Below, one piece after another: positions 28,095 through 32,000 of a stretch of 32,000 nucleotides of DNA. How positions within the stretch are numbered: the stretch's first letter is position 1; each line of letters opens with the position of its first letter. The stretch lies in contig NC_007614.1 in the NCBI RefSeq assembly GCF_000196355.1, positions 1,080,001 to 1,112,000 of the forward strand, written 5' to 3'. The notes beneath the pieces were generated by a model. That model had not been told where the DNA came from. It ran no database searches and worked only from the letters and a program-made list of their open reading frames with translations. The translations under genes were made by a program, and so were the position numbers. This stretch comes from Nitrosospira multiformis ATCC 25196. GTDB taxonomy: Bacteria; Pseudomonadota; Gammaproteobacteria; Burkholderiales; Nitrosomonadaceae.

Positions 28095-29777
28095 TCACGC
28101 ATTGCGGAAGCGTGAATACCTGAGCAGGAAGATAGCCAGCAGCGGCAATACGAGGCCAATCACGGTCACTGAAACCAGCAGTGGACCAAGTTCGCTGTAG
28201 TCGGCAGGAACAGTAATCTTCCCGGTATCGGGGTCCGTCACTTCGCGTGTTACCCTGAAAATCTGGTTCATGTACTTTGTCCCGAGCTGCGACGCAGACA
28301 GGGCAAGGTTGGTGAACGAGGCCATTACGGCGAAGAAGGTGGCCTTGAGCGCTTCCGGTGCGGAGTTGGCAATCCACGCAAGCATCGGGATCATTGCAAT
28401 CTGACCCAGGGGGGATTCCAGCGCCGTATCGATCACTGCGATAAAGCGCGCATCCACCATGCCGTTCGTTAAGGCAGCCGTCCATTCGTGCAAACCGTAA
28501 TACATCCCGATTATGGGGAGGGACAAGAAGGTGCCGACGATGGTAAGCCAACCGATAATATAGGCAATCGAACGTTCAGCCATGAATCGCCGAAAGATGA
28601 ACATTCCCGCCAGGGTCAAGGTCGCGCCGATCAGGGATAATGTCGCCAGAAACTGCTGATCGAAGCCAAGGTGATCGATCATCCACCAGGTCGAACCAGC
28701 CCCCGGCCCGGGTATGGCGCGGAACACGAATATCAGGATTGCCGTGCCCACCAGCACATTGCGCGCGTCGGGTTCCAGTTCGCCAGTCAGCCGCCACATC
28801 AGGAATAAGACGATGGCCATGGAAACCAGGAAGATGATTTCCTCTCCCCCGGGTATCTGGCTCAGGCCTACACTCAGGGAGACTGCCGTGAAAGCCAATC
28901 CGCCGCCAAGTATCCACCAGTTCACCGGAGGAGGATCGGGGTTAACCCCAAGCAGCGCTTCGGATTCCATCCGGCTATGTCCCTGCGCCACAAGATGCTT
29001 AATATCTCGCCGCCTCAACCATGAGGCGAACAGAACACCGGTAACGGAAACCAGCGGGATGATCAAGGCAAGCTCATAGACGAACAGGTACGCCGCGGCC
29101 TTGCCCGCCTCGGGTAACTCACCCACGCCTTGCAACACATAAACATTCACCATCGAGACCAGAATTCCGCCGCTGATGATGGCGACCCGCCCCAGCGTCT
29201 GCATCGTGACATGCATGGATTTGCGGCTTTCAAGCGTCAGCGGGTTTCCGTCCTTGTCGACTCGAGGCACGGCTTCAACCGTCATCGCATCCGCCACCAC
29301 ATCCTGAAGGACGTAGCCAATAGGCGCGAGCAATGCCGCAGTAACGTACCACGCCTCCACAGTAGCAATGGCGCGCATTTCCTCCAGGTGTCCGAGCAGC
29401 CCGATCATGATGACCAGGCTCAATGTGATCAAGCCGGCGCCCAGATACACCAGCAGGCTCTTCCACCGCCACACGAGGTCGACGAGGTGCCCGAGCGGCA
29501 TCTTCAACGCCCATGGCAGCATCATCCAGAACCCGAGCGCCGCAAGAAATTCGGCCGAAAGCCCTAACCGCTCCTTGACGTAAAACGTGCCGACGATTGC
29601 CGTCAGCCCGGAAATGCCGGCAGCTACGTACACCATGAGTGGAGGCAGATAGGACAACCGCATTTCACGGCCTAGCGCGAAAATATTCTCGTCCAGCCAG
29701 CTGCCGGCAGTAGCGAGGAAACCCATGGCTGGCCGCGCGGTTGCGGCCACCGCGCTTTTATCGGGAGACTGGCTCAT
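28095..29777 (-). CDS. MFS-type transporter, 560 aa
   Basis: Multiple TM segments; LPPLMVYVAAGISGLTAIVGTFYVKERLGLSAEFLAALGFWMMLPWALKMPLGHLVDLV, PIGYVLQDVVADAMTVEAVPR, GTKYMNQIFRV. Confidence 0.8.
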   Translation of the reverse strand: MSQSPDKSAVAATARPAMGFLATAGSWLDENIFALGREMRLSYLPPLMVYVAAGISGLTAIVGTFYVKERLGLSAEFLAALGFWMMLPWALKMPLGHLVDLVWRWKSLLVYLGAGLITLSLVIMIGLLGHLEEMRAIATVEAWYVTAALLAPIGYVLQDVVADAMTVEAVPRVDKDGNPLTLESRKSMHVTMQTLGRVAIISGGILVSMVNVYVLQGVGELPEAGKAAAYLFVYELALIIPLVSVTGVLFASWLRRRDIKHLVAQGHSRMESEALLGVNPDPPPVNWWILGGGLAFTAVSLSVGLSQIPGGEEIIFLVSMAIVLFLMWRLTGELEPDARNVLVGTAILIFVFRAIPGPGAGSTWWMIDHLGFDQQFLATLSLIGATLTLAGMFIFRRFMAERSIAYIIGWLTIVGTFLSLPIIGMYYGLHEWTAALTNGMVDARFIAVIDTALESPLGQIAMIPMLAWIANSAPEALKATFFAVMASFTNLALSASQLGTKYMNQIFRVTREVTDPDTGKITVPADYSELGPLLVSVTVIGLVLPLLAIFLLRYSRFRNA

Positions 29778-29883
29778 TGTTGGGGCAGGAAAGAAAGATT
29801 GTCGGGAGTATCTGGCACAAAAACGTTTTCGATTTTTTTGACTTCAAGGATGAAACGCGGCAGCGACAGTTAATATTTGCATG

Positions 29884-31026
29884 TTACGCCAGCCGGCTCT
29901 GCTGTGATTGCTCTACGGCTGAGACAACCTGTTCCCGGACTCGGTTCCAGTAACTGGTTGCAACAAAGCCGTTGGCGCAGGTCAGGGTTGTCAATGTCAT
30001 TATCCGGTATACCTCGCTTCGAGGCGCTTTGACATACACGGCGGGGTCGAGCAGATCGGGCGTCACCGCGACACGCCGTAGGGTTTCCCCGGCCAGCAGG
30101 ATAGGCCAGATGCAGGCCAGCCGTTGACGAATTTCCGAGACAGGAATCGCCATGGTATAAATCCAGCCTTGATCCAGGTGCTCGATGGCCATCCTGATGA
30201 GGCGGTCGAGAACCGGTTTGAATTTTGGCAGGCTGCTGTCATTCAACAGGTTCGCGGGCTTCAGGCCTGCCTCATCGAGAAGCGATTCGGGAATATAACA
30301 GCGGCCATTGTGCAGGTCCCGGCCGATATCCTTCAGAATGTTGGTGAGTTGCAGCCCTTTCCCGAACCTTACCCCGATGGCTGCCATCTCCTCCACATCC
30401 CATCGTCCCATCGTCGGCCGATGAGCACAAATCATCCTGGTCCAGAAATCCCCGACACAACCTGCGACATGGTAAGTGTACTGGTCCAGGTCGTCCAGAG
30501 TGGATAGCGCTGCAAGTTGGTTACCTGACTGGCCGGGGAAGCGGTTCAAGTCCATTTCCATCCCTTCGGTGAGTACCTTTATAACCCACTGGATGCGCTT
30601 CCGGTCATCGGGCGAGCACTCCTCGTACAGCCTGAAACAATCCTCTAGCCGCTGCAGAAGAATGCTTTCTCCCGAGTCTTTCTGATGAGGGACCAGCGCG
30701 CTCTGAATCTCCTGAACGGCTTTCCGATCAATCCTGGCCGTCATGAATTGCTCACGGAACTGGTTCAGGTATTTCAGACGCTCTGCCCGGTCGATCAGAT
30801 CCGTGTCGGCAATGGTATCGGCGGCACGCGCAAACAGATACGCCAGGCCCATCTGCTCGCGCACTCCGATAGGCAGCACATTGAGCGTGAGATAAAACGA
30901 ACGGGAAACCTGCTTGAGGATGTCGTGCAGCAGTTCGTGTCTGGTGGAGGGAGTAGTCAAGGATGGAAATTCCGGAACCGTTAACGCAAAGGGCAGAACA
31001 TTATCTGCTCTGGCACAGGAGGGCAA
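29884..31026 (-). CDS. Squalene/phytoene synthase-family enzyme
   Basis: ARAADTIADTDLID (first Asp-rich motif), DLDQYTYHVAGCVGDFWTRM, GKGLQLTNILKDIGRDLHNGRCYIP (second Asp-rich motif). Confidence 0.9.
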   Translation of the reverse strand: MPSCARADNVLPFALTVPEFPSLTTPSTRHELLHDILKQVSRSFYLTLNVLPIGVREQMGLAYLFARAADTIADTDLIDRAERLKYLNQFREQFMTARIDRKAVQEIQSALVPHQKDSGESILLQRLEDCFRLYEECSPDDRKRIQWVIKVLTEGMEMDLNRFPGQSGNQLAALSTLDDLDQYTYHVAGCVGDFWTRMICAHRPTMGRWDVEEMAAIGVRFGKGLQLTNILKDIGRDLHNGRCYIPESLLDEAGLKPANLLNDSSLPKFKPVLDRLIRMAIEHLDQGWIYTMAIPVSEIRQRLACIWPILLAGETLRRVAVTPDLLDPAVYVKAPRSEVYRIMTLTTLTCANGFVATSYWNRVREQVVSAVEQSQQSRLA

Positions 31027-31400
31027 GATAACTTGTTAAGAAAAGAGTTGAATCCCCTCTGCACAAGTACTGATCAGACCCAAGTATCTTTTGGAGGCGA
31101 TCAGGAGCAGGGGTAATCTAAAAAAGCAATAGAATCAAGCCGATATAAAAGTAACGTGCTTTGAGGATAGGTTTTTACCTACTTAAGCCCTCGTTTTAAT
31201 TGATAAAATTGTGTCAAAGTCCAATTGGTTAGGAGAGTTTTAAAAATTAGAATTGGGGGCTGACAAGTGGGACAAAGGTCTTGAGTGCAGGTAATTTTGG
31301 AAAATTAATTATCAATTGTAATAGTTAGAGATAAAAGAGCAGTAAACAGATTTATGACAAATATTTAAAAATGTAATAGTAATAAGAAGCGGAGAAGTTG

Positions 31401-32000
31401 GTGAAGATCACTGAAATTGTCGATTTTTTTAAGACATCTTGGTATACAAAAACGGGTCTTGGTGCCGCCATAGTTTTCGTCACCATAGCCGGTATTGGAT
31501 GGCATGAATCCTTGAAACAAACCACTATTGGCCTCTTCTTCATCTACCTGATCATAGGTCTAGTCTGGGGGTGGATGAGGCGCCCTCCAAGGACTTCAAA
31601 GCATAAAATCGGATTCTTGGTCAGCATATCATGTGCGGACGATACTACAAGTCAGCAATTGCAAGAGGATTTTATTCGTCCTCTAAGACAGCTTATGAAG
31701 TCTGGAAAAACAGGGTATGCATTTCAATTCATAAATCTACCTCAGTTTCTCGCACGGGAAGTTGAAGATGTTGAGCAAGCGGAAGCGATGAGAATTCGCA
31801 CTAGAGCGAACTTCATGCTTTATGGAAATGTGCGTAAGCGTCTTATTGGCGGGAAAAGTACTCATGTAATTCATCTTGAAGGTATAGTTTTATATAGATC
31901 AATATCAGAGCTTGTGAATCGAGATCTAGCAACTGAATTTACCGAATTGCTTCCCAGAAGGATTCATATCAGTGGTGAAAACGACATCTTGGCTTTCCAG
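31401..32000 (+). CDS. Hypothetical protein with two N-terminal TM helices; 3' end outside the window
   Basis: GTG start with ggag 6 nt upstream, frame open for 200 codons to the window end: MKITEIVDFFKTSWYTKTGLGAAIVFVTIAGIGWHESLKQTTIGLFFIYLIIGLVWGWMRRPPRTSKHKIGFLVSISCADD... Not in the ORF track because no stop codon is present. Confidence 0.7.
   Translation, partial: MKITEIVDFFKTSWYTKTGLGAAIVFVTIAGIGWHESLKQTTIGLFFIYLIIGLVWGWMRRPPRTSKHKIGFLVSISCADDTTSQQLQEDFIRPLRQLMKSGKTGYAFQFINLPQFLAREVEDVEQAEAMRIRTRANFMLYGNVRKRLIGGKSTHVIHLEGIVLYRSISELVNRDLATEFTELLPRRIHISGENDILAFQ

Noticed and set aside
1-32000. CRISPR array, transposase or prophage gene cluster
   Set aside because: No short regularly spaced repeats with unique spacers, and no ORF with transposase, Cas or phage structural motifs was found in the supplied track.

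Overview
This looks like a betaproteobacterial chromosomal segment; the gene content suggests ammonia oxidizers, but that is an inference. It has a conserved core at about 2.4-31.0 kb between two AT-rich, less conventional edges. The core encodes apt, a lysozyme-like secreted protein, an outer-membrane porin, an Rnk/Gre-type factor, an O-methyltransferase, a guanidine-I (ykkC) riboswitch-led guanidine degradation operon (APC permease, two DUF1989 proteins, a urea/guanidine carboxylase and allophanate hydrolase), a GST-like protein, an HxlR regulator, a stand-alone 835-aa FtsX-type permease, dinB, a HlyD/ATPase/two-permease export cluster interrupted by a thermonuclease gene, an MFS transporter and a squalene/phytoene synthase-like enzyme. 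The most unusual part is the left edge. Immediately downstream of the 3' end of a tRNA-Ser(GGA) gene is a 418-aa solo reverse transcriptase (QGSxxSP, YIDD and GWGN motifs). It is preceded on its own strand by a ~510-bp region without convincing coding content, holding two identical 113-bp copies (117/119 over the extended match, 343-bp period) of a GC-rich, hairpin-forming repeat. This is a candidate RT plus structured-RNA system, possibly for defense, at the edge of a genomic island. At the right edge a GTG-started ORF encoding an N-terminal two-helix membrane protein runs off the window.
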